A stretch of DNA of 64,000 nt from a virus (lineage: Duplodnaviria > Heunggongvirae > Uroviricota > Caudoviricetes): positions 35,512 to 99,511 of IMG/VR virus record IMGVR_UViG_3300012942_000033, one strand, 5' to 3'. The notes under the pieces were generated by a model. That model made no database searches and was not told the origin of the DNA. It saw only the letters and a program-made list of their open reading frames with translations. Each line of letters begins with the position of its first letter. Position 1 is the stretch's first letter. The translations under genes and the position numbers were made by a program. This document shows, in pieces, positions 9,746-19,404 of this stretch.

Positions 9746-9934
9746 GTGAGTAGCCTGATGACTCTTTCTGAGCTCTTTGGGGACAACCCCCTACAAATGT
9801 CTATCGAAGAACGCCAATTCTTCGAGACAGCTAAACACCTGTGGGCCAACCAGTTCAATGCTATCATTCGAGAAAATCGAGGCCCGAAGATCAAGACGAG
9901 AATCGTAGTCAGGAAGGCCAAGAAGAATGGATAA
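9746..9934 (+). CDS. small hypothetical protein
   Basis: 62-aa ORF with a basic C-terminus; overlaps the next gene by 8 nt. Confidence 0.3.
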   Translation: MSSLMTLSELFGDNPLQMSIEERQFFETAKHLWANQFNAIIRENRGPKIKTRIVVRKAKKNG

Positions 9935-11276
9935 GTTCGATCTAGCTGATACTTTGGTTCAATATGGCGTCTCGGATAGCGATGCTCAGGCTTTGAAGGG
10001 TAGGATCTCGGGTGATGACCTGATGGATTTGATCTCCTATCTCAAGGATAATGGCCAAGGTGTACAGTTGGCTAAGGCTTCGGCTATCCTTGGTAAATAT
10101 GGCATTACGCTCAGGAGCAAGAAGGATATGACCAATTATCTAGACGCGAAATACGAGAGTCTCAGGCATGGTAAAGACCTAGATGAAACTTTCGGGTCTA
10201 TGACGCGGCTCGCCGAAGCATTTACCTATGCTGTTGAGGTTAATGAGCAAACCCGAGACCAAGTTCTTGACTGGTTGGATGAGAATCAGGTAAGCTACCA
10301 GGCTACCAGCCCCACAAACTACCGCATTGAATGTGGTGATCGTGATGTGGCTTACCGCACCGGTCGAGCGCTTTCAGAGATCCTCAGGAAGCCAACGGTG
10401 CGTGATGCCGTTGAAGTTGAGGAGAAGATGAGTAAGAATCCGAAGAAGCGTGTCAAAGACGCGAAGGCAAAGATGGCTGACATGAAGCCTCGTAATCCAG
10501 TGGTTGCTGCGGTCAAGACCCGTAGCGGTGCTGGAGCCCATGATGGTGGCAAGGATCCACGTAAGGTGGATAAGTTTGGCCGTGATGCCAAGCACAAGCC
10601 TCGTTTCGACGAGGAGATCGATAATGATAACCTGAACGAGGGAGTGATGGGTATGAAGCCAGTGAATCCACTTTTCCGCCTGCGCGAACTCGCAGGTCTT
10701 CCAATGAACGGCCTGGATGAAGATGACTTTGATGGCATCGAGATTCCAGAAGTTCCACAGAGTGATCCAGAGGGGCCACTGGCACCAGGGCCAGTTGGAG
10801 CCGATGAGGGCGCGCCAATGGATAGAGATCTAGCAGGTGGTATGGATGACCTGACACCTGATGCGACCGCAGAAGATGCACCCGTTGACATGGATGTACC
10901 AGCCGATGATATGACTGATATGGATGATGGCACGGTCGATGGCATGGGTGATGCCGATGACATCAATAATGTCGATGACATGGGCGATCTAGCAGATAGC
11001 GATATTGGTGCTCTTCCTCCACAGGATGCTGGAGTTCCTGGAGAGCTTGGTAGCGACCCCATTGAAGCAGTTCCTGGTATGGATCCAATGGCGCCAACTC
11101 AGAGTGAGGCAATGGCGCAGATTGAGGATGCCCTCAATAGCATTCAGACTGGTCTAGCTGATATCCGCCTCTCGGAGTACAAGAGCCTGATTCAGAAGTT
11201 ACAGGATCTTACCAATCAGGCCCAGATGATGGGTCGAGATTACCTGGGTGAGCGATTCGAGCGCCGCAAGAAGTAA
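9927..11276 (+). CDS. highly acidic Asp/Met/Gly-rich protein
   Basis: The C-terminal half is low-complexity (DDMTDMDDGTVDGMGDADDINNVDDMGDLADSD). The antisense ORF 10352..11062 is a shadow ORF. Confidence 0.6.
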   Translation: MDKFDLADTLVQYGVSDSDAQALKGRISGDDLMDLISYLKDNGQGVQLAKASAILGKYGITLRSKKDMTNYLDAKYESLRHGKDLDETFGSMTRLAEAFTYAVEVNEQTRDQVLDWLDENQVSYQATSPTNYRIECGDRDVAYRTGRALSEILRKPTVRDAVEVEEKMSKNPKKRVKDAKAKMADMKPRNPVVAAVKTRSGAGAHDGGKDPRKVDKFGRDAKHKPRFDEEIDNDNLNEGVMGMKPVNPLFRLRELAGLPMNGLDEDDFDGIEIPEVPQSDPEGPLAPGPVGADEGAPMDRDLAGGMDDLTPDATAEDAPVDMDVPADDMTDMDDGTVDGMGDADDINNVDDMGDLADSDIGALPPQDAGVPGELGSDPIEAVPGMDPMAPTQSEAMAQIEDALNSIQTGLADIRLSEYKSLIQKLQDLTNQAQMMGRDYLGERFERRKK

Positions 11277-11278
11277 TC

Positions 11279-11518
11279 ATGCGCTTTCTTGAGATTCGTG
11301 GTGGTATCCAGATTCCTGTTTCTCTTGAGGAACAGGATCTGATCGACCTGATTGAATCCAATGATAACGCGATAATCAAACGTAGTGATCTTGATGAGCG
11401 ACAGAAGGAAGTTGCTCGTAAAATGGTGAGTAGAGGTGTTCTTGAAAGAACCCAACACAATGGATCGCTCTACTACGTTGTAAGCAATCTAGACGATCTA
11501 TGGAGACACAATGACTAA
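11279..11518 (+). CDS. hypothetical protein
   Basis: ORF in an operon-like series; ATG overlaps the upstream stop. Confidence 0.4.
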   Translation: MRFLEIRGGIQIPVSLEEQDLIDLIESNDNAIIKRSDLDERQKEVARKMVSRGVLERTQHNGSLYYVVSNLDDLWRHND

Positions 11519-12227
11519 CTCACTAATTCCGATGGGGCCAAGCAACGCCGATAAGAGCGAAATGGCCCGCCTTCTTAAGATCATGAATGGTGGCGAAGGT
11601 GGTGGAGCAAATGTTCCTGCCGTTCGTGATGAGACAATTCATGGTTCCTACAGCGGTGGTTATGCTGGAACCCAGCGACCACTCCGTGAGAATGTTGCTC
11701 CACCGGTCTACTATCCAGGTGGAGGCACAAGCCGCGAAGAAGTCGATGCCATGAAGGTTCTGCTGGAGAAGATGAACGCCCTGGAGGGTAATGATGCTCC
11801 GGCTGCTCGCCAGGCACTAACTGAGACTAGCAATTATGCCGCTCCATCGGCTGGTGGCCAATACCAGGTTCTGGTTACTATCCAGGAGAGCAATGGTAAG
11901 GAAGTCAATCGTTACAATGTGGTTGATTCCAATCGTAATGATGTAGTTCCAGGGCTAGTGGTGAAGGAAGCTGCTACTGCGATCATGAAGCTGATGAATA
12001 AGGGTCATGCTTTGGCATCAACTAAGGTTCAGGAAGTCATCGAGCTTGAGGAGACCTTCAATCGTAACCGCATTGCTACTTCTCAGAATAAGTCTCGGTA
12101 TAACCGTTCGGTAGAGCTGGGTGAGACTGCCGCTGCCAAGGTTTTCAAAGAAAGATTCTCGACATCAAGAGCTAATGCCCTTGCGGCCCAGGATGATATC
12201 AAGAATATCCTAGAATCCATCCGTTAA
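11511..12227 (+). CDS. hypothetical protein
   Basis: 238-aa ORF followed by a stem-loop. Confidence 0.55.
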   Translation: MTNSLIPMGPSNADKSEMARLLKIMNGGEGGGANVPAVRDETIHGSYSGGYAGTQRPLRENVAPPVYYPGGGTSREEVDAMKVLLEKMNALEGNDAPAARQALTETSNYAAPSAGGQYQVLVTIQESNGKEVNRYNVVDSNRNDVVPGLVVKEAATAIMKLMNKGHALASTKVQEVIELEETFNRNRIATSQNKSRYNRSVELGETAAAKVFKERFSTSRANALAAQDDIKNILESIR

Positions 12228-12237
12228 TCAAAGAGCA

Positions 12238-12264
12238 AACGACCAGTTGGCCCAACTGGTCGTT
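12238..12264 (+). terminator. stem-loop, possible terminator
   Basis: AACGACCAGTTGG / CCAACTGGTCGTT perfect inverted repeat. There is no clear U-tract. Confidence 0.35.
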
Positions 12265-12289
12265 CCGTGCTGACTGAATGCCCTACAGA

Positions 12290-12297
12290 CTAAATAT
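12290..12297 (+). promoter_or_regulatory. candidate late promoter element (CTAAATAT)
   Basis: Lies about 37 nt upstream of the ATG at 12334. Confidence 0.35.
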
Positions 12298-12333
12298 ACA
12301 GAATATCGCAGCTTACTAGTCTGGAAGGATGCT

Positions 12334-12633
12334 ATGGTCATTGATGAACTCAACACCAGTTCAAACTACCGCTTGACTCGGATCCTCAATTTGTTGGAAT
12401 CGCTATTTGGTCTAACGATTGACTTCGATGCCGCCAAAAGTTTGGCAGAACTCCGGAGCCTTTATGAAGCGTATGGATTGGAACGTAGCAGGATTGTGAA
12501 GGAATCATCATTCAACTCCTGTAACACGGATCCCCAATACACAAAGGCTGTTCTGATCCAGGAAGCCATTCATATCTTCCTAAGTGAAGTTGCGCCAAAG
12601 CGTATCAAGCGAACCAAAAAGACTTCCTCTTAA
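12334..12633 (+). CDS. hypothetical protein
   Basis: 99-aa ORF. Confidence 0.45.
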   Translation: MVIDELNTSSNYRLTRILNLLESLFGLTIDFDAAKSLAELRSLYEAYGLERSRIVKESSFNSCNTDPQYTKAVLIQEAIHIFLSEVAPKRIKRTKKTSS

Positions 12634-12645
12634 GGAGCAAACCAC

Positions 12646-14598
12646 ATGACCAAGACCAAAATTGAAAAGCTCATGGCTATCAAAGAGGAGTTTGCTCGCA
12701 CGCAGGCTCGTCTTATGGCTGCCCGTAAGCTAGAGGAGAGTGCCAAGCCTCAAGGCATGTCAGCGCTTCTCGAGAATGACCTAGAGCAGGCAGAGCTAGT
12801 GCTAGCCGCTCAGGATATCATGCACAAGCTTCAGGATATGGCCGAAGACCTGGCCAAGATGAATGCCCAGGATCTCTTCCCCCTAGTTGACAAGATGAAG
12901 GCAGCTTTCGGTCAGGATGCTGCTCATTCCTTCGAAGAGAGCGCACAGGATGTCATCACCAACGCGATGAATACCGTTCGTCATGCGAAAGATGAGCTGG
13001 GTAACTCCATTATGCGTCTTGAAGGCAAGCTACCTGCCAGTGATATGGCTGCTGATGCCAACATGGATACTGGCGCGGATATGACTGCTCCTGCCGATAA
13101 TATGGGTGATGATTCGCAAGCCAGCGATGGTGATGTAGACGCAGCTTTCGATAATTTCGGAAGCGCCGATGCTGCCGCGGGCCCAGATGATGAACCACTT
13201 GGTCGTGCCAAGAAGGAGAGTGTTGAGTCGACTCGTGCTCCACTCCGCGAAAGCATTATCCTAGAGGCCGCTGGTAAGAAGCTCATCGAGACTGAAGGTC
13301 TTGATAACCTGATCGCGTGGGTGCTTAAGGAAGCCGCTGCTGGCATGCCAGAGGAGCACTTCCGCAGCTTTGCAACCAGCATTGCTACCAAGGCAGCTAA
13401 GGATCCAGTAAAGCTAGCCGGTTGGATTGGTAAGAAGAAGCATGGCATGGCCGCAATGGCCCAGTTGGCTCAGCCAACCTATACCCAGTCTCCAAACCTA
13501 GAAATCGTCGAATCCATTGAGGAAGGTAAGACCTTCCGCAAGGGTAATGATGACGATTCCGAGAAGGCCGAGAAGTTCTCCGCTCGTAGGAACGCCCGTA
13601 AGGCCAAGCAGAAGGGTGATGATCTAGAGGAAGGCAAGACCTTCCGTCACAATGATGATGAGGATTACGAGAAAGCCGATCGCATGAAGGCCCGCCGGGC
13701 TGCTCGTAAGGAGAAGCACAAAGGCGACGACCAGATTGATGAAGCTCGTCTAGCAGCGCGTCAGGTGGCCAAGATGATCGAGGCTTCGATTGCACAGACT
13801 GGCAAGGGTAACGCTGCCAAGTATGTGCGTGAATTTGCGAACCTCATGGCAAGCAAGGCTGGTCTGATGGAAGGTTCTGCTGATTATCAGAAGCAGATCA
13901 TCGAAGGCTTCGAGGCTGAGTTCGGTATGAAGCCAGCCGTCTACAGTGTTGTAAAGGTCAAAGAAGCAACACCTCCAATGAGTTCGATGGATCAGAAGAA
14001 TGCTAGCAGCGCAATGGCTAAGATGGCTAGCAAACTAGCAGGTGATTCGTCGGCTTCCGGCCAAAGTGTTCAGAGTGCGATGTCAGGCATGGATGGTTCG
14101 GAGCGTAGCATCGCAACTAAGATGCTGAATAAGATGAAAGCTCAGGGACAGAATCCAACCAATGCTGGTGAGTTCGTTCAGGGTGCCGCATCGATGATTG
14201 ATGGTGATGATCAGAACCAAGACACAAATGGTGAAAATGATTCGGCGACAACTGGTACGACTGGAACTAGCGGAACGGTAAAGGGTCCAGCAGAAATGGG
14301 TGAGAGCCTGGATGAGAATATCAACGCGGCTCATTGGCCCATTGATACAGCTGGCCAGTACAAGGGTGAGCCCTTCCAGACTGATTATGGTAAGCTGAAG
14401 CCAAATCCAAAGGGTGCTGGTAAGACCGAAGGCGGTGAAAAGGCTCCTGAACCAAAGGCTGATGAGGTCAAGGGTTCTAAGGCTCCAGAAGCCGAGAAAC
14501 CAAAGGCAAAGAAAGGCAATCCATTTGCCAAGAAGGCCGAGAAGACTGCTGAACCAGCTGAGGAGAAGGCTGAGGAAGCTGACGACTCCGAGAAGTAA
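12646..14598 (+). CDS. large charged low-complexity protein (possible scaffold or internal virion protein)
   Basis: 650 aa, rich in Ala/Lys/Glu/Asp and predicted helical. Contains the duplicated segment EEGKTFRKGNDDDSEKAEKFSARRNARKAKQKGDD / EEGKTFRHNDDEDYEKADRMKARRAARKEKHKGDD and a Lys-rich C-terminus. Several antisense ORFs are shadows. Confidence 0.6.
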   Translation: MTKTKIEKLMAIKEEFARTQARLMAARKLEESAKPQGMSALLENDLEQAELVLAAQDIMHKLQDMAEDLAKMNAQDLFPLVDKMKAAFGQDAAHSFEESAQDVITNAMNTVRHAKDELGNSIMRLEGKLPASDMAADANMDTGADMTAPADNMGDDSQASDGDVDAAFDNFGSADAAAGPDDEPLGRAKKESVESTRAPLRESIILEAAGKKLIETEGLDNLIAWVLKEAAAGMPEEHFRSFATSIATKAAKDPVKLAGWIGKKKHGMAAMAQLAQPTYTQSPNLEIVESIEEGKTFRKGNDDDSEKAEKFSARRNARKAKQKGDDLEEGKTFRHNDDEDYEKADRMKARRAARKEKHKGDDQIDEARLAARQVAKMIEASIAQTGKGNAAKYVREFANLMASKAGLMEGSADYQKQIIEGFEAEFGMKPAVYSVVKVKEATPPMSSMDQKNASSAMAKMASKLAGDSSASGQSVQSAMSGMDGSERSIATKMLNKMKAQGQNPTNAGEFVQGAASMIDGDDQNQDTNGENDSATTGTTGTSGTVKGPAEMGESLDENINAAHWPIDTAGQYKGEPFQTDYGKLKPNPKGAGKTEGGEKAPEPKADEVKGSKAPEAEKPKAKKGNPFAKKAEKTAEPAEEKAEEADDSEK

Positions 14599-14601
14599 AT
14601 A

Positions 14602-14630
14602 GGTTGGGGAGGCCACCCTCCCCAACACTT
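14602..14630 (+). terminator. rho-independent terminator
   Basis: GGTTGGGGAGG-CCAC-CCTCCCCAAC followed by a T-containing tract. Confidence 0.6.
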
Positions 14631-14642
14631 TAGGAGAATGTC

Positions 14643-15008
14643 ATGCGCTGGTCTGAAATTATTGATGAGGATCTCACACCAATCCAGATGGCCAAGAGTG
14701 CCATCATGGATATCATCTCGTCGCTAAAAGCGCAAGGTGTCACATCAATCACAGTTCAACAGATCATCGACCAACTCAAAGAAGATCCAGATTTTGAGGG
14801 TATGGAGATTGAAGGAGACCTGGTAAATCAGGCTCTTCAAGGAGTTCAAGGCCTTAAGATTGAAGCTGATCCTCAGACCAATCAAATGAGCGTCTTCATT
14901 GATAATCCAACTGCTGGTCGTCAGGTCGATCAAAAGCAAGCCGAGAAGGATGCCAACAATATCCATTCCGCTGCGATGCGTTCTATTGAAAGGAAGGATA
15001 AGGAATGA
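14643..15008 (+). CDS. hypothetical protein
   Basis: Shine-Dalgarno TAGGAGAA upstream. N-terminus MRWSEI is shared with 6657..6842. Confidence 0.5.
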   Translation: MRWSEIIDEDLTPIQMAKSAIMDIISSLKAQGVTSITVQQIIDQLKEDPDFEGMEIEGDLVNQALQGVQGLKIEADPQTNQMSVFIDNPTAGRQVDQKQAEKDANNIHSAAMRSIERKDKE

Positions 15009-15379
15009 ATACCTTCCCCACAGCCTCTGATGCACGAGCAGGTTCTCGCAATAACATAGCGATCCATAACGAGATCCGAGCAATAGAATCGGATATCTAT
15101 AACGCCATTGCTCAGGGTAAGATGAACGCAGATGTCAAGGATAGCCCATTTACTGTGACACCGACCGAGGGTGCACCCGACTCAGATATCAACGCCTATG
15201 ACTATTACGGAGCTCTATTCCAGGATACGCCTGGAAGCTCTGATGTTGATCTACTCTACCGCTCACTCAAGGAGCAAATTGACATCGTTCAACAGAACTT
15301 CACCAGTCTAGGCTATCAAGTTCAACCCCTTCAGAATACTGATACGGGTAACACGTTCTTCTGGAGGATCTTATGGTAA
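15005..15379 (+). CDS. hypothetical protein
   Basis: ATGA overlap with the upstream gene. Confidence 0.5.
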   Translation: MNTFPTASDARAGSRNNIAIHNEIRAIESDIYNAIAQGKMNADVKDSPFTVTPTEGAPDSDINAYDYYGALFQDTPGSSDVDLLYRSLKEQIDIVQQNFTSLGYQVQPLQNTDTGNTFFWRILW

Positions 15380-16998
15380 TGGAATTACTCAAGATGCTCA
15401 ACGAGACTAAGCTTCATTCACGCACTCATTATGATGGCCTTGACATCAGTGTTGAGGTTCCTGCTAATGGTTATCGCCGTGGTATCAACAAGAAGACTGG
15501 TGAGGAATGGTCTTACAAGATTCCAGCCAGCTACGGTTACATCAAAGGCACGCATAGCCCTGATGGCGAACACTTGGATTGCTATCTGAGGAAGAACCCC
15601 AAGAAGGGCGCTCAGGTTTATGTCATGCACCAGTTGACACCTGATGGTTCTCGCTTTGATGAGGATAAGGTAATGCTTGGTTATTCAAGCAAGAGCGAAG
15701 CTATCAAAGCATTCAAGGGCATGACTTTCAAGCCGGGTACGATGTACGGCGGTTGTACTGAATTTGATATGGAGCACTTCCAGGTGATCGCATTCAGTGC
15801 CTCAAATAGTCACGCCATGTTGACTAAGAATGCCACCTATGATGAATTCAAACGCAAGGGCCTGCTACCCAGGAACATCAAGAGCCCACTCATGGTTGCT
15901 CGGAAGGTTTGTGAGGGTCTAGCAGAAGGTCTTAACGAGATTGGCCAGACTCTAAGTCGTGGTGATCTCGAAGAATGTCTAGATTGGTCAGGTTACCATG
16001 AAGGCAGTTCAATCGAAGCAGTTCTTACTCGTGCCTATGGTCATTACTCAGGCACACCGTACATGCATGACTTTGGAACCCTATCAGAGGAAGAGTTCAA
16101 AGCCAAAGTGCTCAACCATATCATGGAGCAGGATGCTCTTCTGACTGATACCGAGGATCATTATGGATTGGAAGAAGCTATCGAGGAACTTGAACCTATC
16201 AGTGAAGATATTGGTGATATTGAAAGCGGTGACCGACATTCACCTGATCTTGAAATCGAAGAAGTAACGGAGGAAGCCATGGAAGCCAATAACTTTGCCG
16301 TAGTGGTTCATACCCAGATGATGGAAAACATTGGCTCGGCCGAGAATCCAAGTTGGGCAACTGCTGGAACTAAGGTTCTGCTGGTTCAGGAGGGTTTTGC
16401 TACTTGGGGTGAGGCACGCTCGGTCGCTGCCAAGGTTGCTGCGGGGCAGATCTCCGTTGAGCTATCGGAGAATGCTCATGTGCTTGGTATTGATGTCATG
16501 CCAACTGCTGATTACCACTACCTACATGAAGAGGTAGTAGAAGATGAGCCAGTTGAAGAAGACATGACCGATGATGTCTTCTTCCAACAGCAGGTCATGG
16601 AGATGAAAGCAAAGGCTGGTATCCGTGATGGCTCCTATGAAAACCAGGGCACACCTAGCGTTCATGAAACTCGCGAACGTCTCGCTAAGTTGACCCAAGA
16701 CTTTTACAAGGGTCTGGAAGCTCAGGAGCTCGAGGAAGCTACTGCCAAGTTGAGTGATGGTAAGATTGCTCATGCTCTTCGAGTAGTCAAGGAGACGCTG
16801 AAGGCAAATCCACATGCCAATGTCAATCAGGCAATCAGAGCTGTTTGTAAGAGGCTCTTTGGTGATCCAAACCTCGATGAAGAAGTGATCAAATATGCCG
16901 AATTTGAATATGGCACTCTAGATGAGTTCGATGATCAGATCCGTGGTCGGAAGGCACCTGAGAAGATCTCAAGAGTTATCACCAAATACGAGAACTAA
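15373..16998 (+). CDS. hypothetical protein
   Basis: 541-aa ORF. Confidence 0.6.
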   Translation: MVMELLKMLNETKLHSRTHYDGLDISVEVPANGYRRGINKKTGEEWSYKIPASYGYIKGTHSPDGEHLDCYLRKNPKKGAQVYVMHQLTPDGSRFDEDKVMLGYSSKSEAIKAFKGMTFKPGTMYGGCTEFDMEHFQVIAFSASNSHAMLTKNATYDEFKRKGLLPRNIKSPLMVARKVCEGLAEGLNEIGQTLSRGDLEECLDWSGYHEGSSIEAVLTRAYGHYSGTPYMHDFGTLSEEEFKAKVLNHIMEQDALLTDTEDHYGLEEAIEELEPISEDIGDIESGDRHSPDLEIEEVTEEAMEANNFAVVVHTQMMENIGSAENPSWATAGTKVLLVQEGFATWGEARSVAAKVAAGQISVELSENAHVLGIDVMPTADYHYLHEEVVEDEPVEEDMTDDVFFQQQVMEMKAKAGIRDGSYENQGTPSVHETRERLAKLTQDFYKGLEAQELEEATAKLSDGKIAHALRVVKETLKANPHANVNQAIRAVCKRLFGDPNLDEEVIKYAEFEYGTLDEFDDQIRGRKAPEKISRVITKYEN

Positions 16999-17000
16999 AT

Positions 17001-17027
17001 ATGGAGCGGGGCAAGACCCCGCTCCAT
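17001..17027 (+). terminator. rho-independent terminator-like hairpin
   Basis: ATGGAGCGGGG-CAAGA-CCCCGCTCCAT. Confidence 0.5.
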
Positions 17028-17091
17028 CCATGTCTAGGCTAGATCGGAAATAGACAAGATAACCAGAATTCCGTATAGCTAAGAGAAAGAC

Positions 17092-17790
17092 ATGATTCCA
17101 CAAAACAAGCAATTCACCTACCCCACTCTTGAGCGTATAACTCAAGAGGATGGAACCCGTCATTACATCTGTGATAAAGGCATACCTCACGCGAGCGTTA
17201 CTACCATATTGAGTGCAACTGAGGATAAGACTGGTCTGTTGGAATGGCGTGCCTGGGTTGGTGACAAGAAAGCCGACCAGATCCGAGATGAGGCCACCGG
17301 TCTGGGTTCTCTGATGCACACGCATTTGGAGAACTACATGATGGGTGAAGAACGGCCTGGTGGTTCCAATTTGGTTCGGCAGATGGCCAAGAATATGGCC
17401 GATACCATCATTGAGCGTGGCCTTGTAAACGTCAATGAAGTTTGGGCTATGGAGGAGATGCTCTACTTCCCCGGTCTTTATGCTGGAACGGCCGACCTAA
17501 TTGGTCTGCATCAAGGTGAACCGGCAATCATGGATTACAAGACCACCAAGGCCATGAAATCGAAGGATAAGATCAACAACTATGCGTGTCAGTTGGCCGC
17601 ATACGCATTAGCCCATAATGAGCTCTTTGGAACTCAAATCAAGAAGGGCGTGATCTTCATGGTAGCTCGAGACCTAAGCTTCTCTGAGTATGTCTTCGAG
17701 GGTGAGGAATTCGAGAAAGCAATCAACGAATGGTTGGATCGCCTAGATGTCTTCTTCAAGAGCCAGCCATCTGCTCTCGAGCCATCTTAA
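17092..17790 (+). CDS. PD-(D/E)XK family nuclease (RecB/Cas4-like exonuclease)
   Basis: A D...E.K-type motif occurs in ADLIGLHQGEPAIMDYKTTK. Size and layout are typical of phage PD-(D/E)XK exonucleases. Confidence 0.55.
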   Translation: MIPQNKQFTYPTLERITQEDGTRHYICDKGIPHASVTTILSATEDKTGLLEWRAWVGDKKADQIRDEATGLGSLMHTHLENYMMGEERPGGSNLVRQMAKNMADTIIERGLVNVNEVWAMEEMLYFPGLYAGTADLIGLHQGEPAIMDYKTTKAMKSKDKINNYACQLAAYALAHNELFGTQIKKGVIFMVARDLSFSEYVFEGEEFEKAINEWLDRLDVFFKSQPSALEPS

Positions 17791-18226
17791 CATGTTTACA
17801 GGCTCGACCATGTGTTCCAGCGGGGCAAGTGCAGGATGATTTATCACCATCCAAAGTGACCACGTAGATGTCACCCTTGCTGCCTTGGATCTCGAAGCTT
17901 TGAATCTTTGGTGATGGCGTATCGGCATCCCCGGATAACTCCTTGGATCCTAACACCTTGAGATATTCCACGTAATCAAGGTCAATGACTGATTCACCGA
18001 TATGATTGTTTGGCGTCTCCACACCAATCAATCTGAAGGTACCAGGTTTGTCCCATGGGTTGCTGTGAGCCACGATACCGATGGTAGGCAGACGATATTC
18101 ATTCATCCAAGCAAAGGTAAAACGAGTCAAGACCTCGACCCTGGTGCCAATCTTTGGAATCTTAATATCGCTCATAACGCCTTGTAGCAAAACAGGAACC
18201 AAAGTCAAGCCAGCAAATAAATACAA
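17756..18226 (-). CDS. SWIM zinc-finger protein
   Basis: C-terminal CTCPAGTHGRACKH fits the CxCxnCxH SWIM signature. The 3' end overlaps gene 17092..17790 convergently. Confidence 0.5.
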   Translation of the reverse strand: MYLFAGLTLVPVLLQGVMSDIKIPKIGTRVEVLTRFTFAWMNEYRLPTIGIVAHSNPWDKPGTFRLIGVETPNNHIGESVIDLDYVEYLKVLGSKELSGDADTPSPKIQSFEIQGSKGDIYVVTLDGDKSSCTCPAGTHGRACKHVKMAREQMAGS

Positions 18227-18231
18227 AGAAA

Positions 18232-18846
18232 TTGGAGGCGCCTATGTCAGTAATCCAGATCTCTCGGGTACAGCATCGTCGGGGCACAAGTGGTGAACTA
18301 CCTGACTCACTTGCCGATGGTGAGATTGGCATGACGACTGATACAGGCGAGGTCTTCATTGGAGCGCCTAACAATCCTAAAGTTCAAGGCCGCCACAGTT
18401 ACCCTTATCAGAATATCAAGATTCTAACTGAGCTTGACGTTCAGTATGGAGTCAGGGGTGATGTCTATTATCACGGAGCCCTGGAGAGCGCATTAAGCCC
18501 GGCCAATGGGCAATGGGTTTCTCTAGTAGGTCTATTCCCCACCAACTTGTCTCGCGATTTTGCGGTTCTGGATTTCTCACTCAGTAACAGTGCAGGCACG
18601 GTGAAGGTTCTTGGCGAGATCAGTGCTTGTATAGCAAGTGATGCTGATCTCAGTACAGTCAATGCTACTGTTAAGACCTCGGTTGGCTGGAGCGGTGATC
18701 TTAGTGATGCGTTCAAGCTGACCAAGGTAGATAATGAAGGCACTAGCACCTCAGGTATCACCTGGCTTGCTATGAAGAATACCTCAGGCATCCAGCTTAC
18801 GCTTTGTGTGTCAGGGCGGATTTGGACCACTCCTTCGGTTAGCTAA
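18232..18846 (+). CDS. hypothetical protein
   Basis: 204-aa ORF. Confidence 0.5.
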   Translation: MEAPMSVIQISRVQHRRGTSGELPDSLADGEIGMTTDTGEVFIGAPNNPKVQGRHSYPYQNIKILTELDVQYGVRGDVYYHGALESALSPANGQWVSLVGLFPTNLSRDFAVLDFSLSNSAGTVKVLGEISACIASDADLSTVNATVKTSVGWSGDLSDAFKLTKVDNEGTSTSGITWLAMKNTSGIQLTLCVSGRIWTTPSVS

Positions 18847-18861
18847 AAGCAGGAATCTGCC

Positions 18862-19314
18862 ATGAACCCCTTCTTATTGCCTCCTGCTGAGCGTCTTGCT
18901 GAGTGGAGAGAATTCCGCCTCAGCTTGAACCAGATGGATGAACTAGAGCAACTCAAACAGGTCGCCATCTGGGTAGCACAGGCACCTACCTCGACCTATG
19001 TTTTGGATTACAACGATGCCACGACATGGCCAGGCCCATGGGAACTTTTGAATCAAGGTGACTTTGACGATACTGCAAAAGCCTACCTTATGGAACAGAC
19101 TCTGATTATGATTGGATGGCAGGCCGATCGTCTTCGCCTACGGTATGTAAGGAACCGTAGTGCCTCGATGGAGACTATGATTTTGCTCGTTGATGGCAAA
19201 TGGGCTCTGAATTATTTCCACGCCGAGGTAATCAATTTTGACACGGAGCACCAGAATTGTGCATATTTGGTAAGCTACCGTGTAAACCCAGAGGGTGGGC
19301 ATCTAGAGGTCTAA
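18862..19314 (+). CDS. hypothetical protein
   Basis: 150-aa ORF. Confidence 0.5.
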   Translation: MNPFLLPPAERLAEWREFRLSLNQMDELEQLKQVAIWVAQAPTSTYVLDYNDATTWPGPWELLNQGDFDDTAKAYLMEQTLIMIGWQADRLRLRYVRNRSASMETMILLVDGKWALNYFHAEVINFDTEHQNCAYLVSYRVNPEGGHLEV

Positions 19315-19404
19315 TTAGCATTCCAGGATGGCGTCTAACGCCCTGGAGAATGCCAAATTGGGCTCACTAAATATCTGCCCTACGATAAAGAGAACAGGAA
19401 GTAA

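Noticed and set aside
10352-11062. 236-aa antisense ORF (Ser/Pro/Ala-rich) inside the acidic protein gene, plus 10513..10881
   Set aside because: Shadow ORFs created by the low-complexity, GC-rich repeat composition of the sense gene. There is no Shine-Dalgarno site and the composition mirrors the complement.
12981-14628. Antisense ORFs 12981..13448, 13397..13795 and 14083..14628 inside gene 12646..14598
   Set aside because: Same reasoning: long stop-free antisense frames are expected opposite an Ala/Lys/Glu-rich coding sequence.
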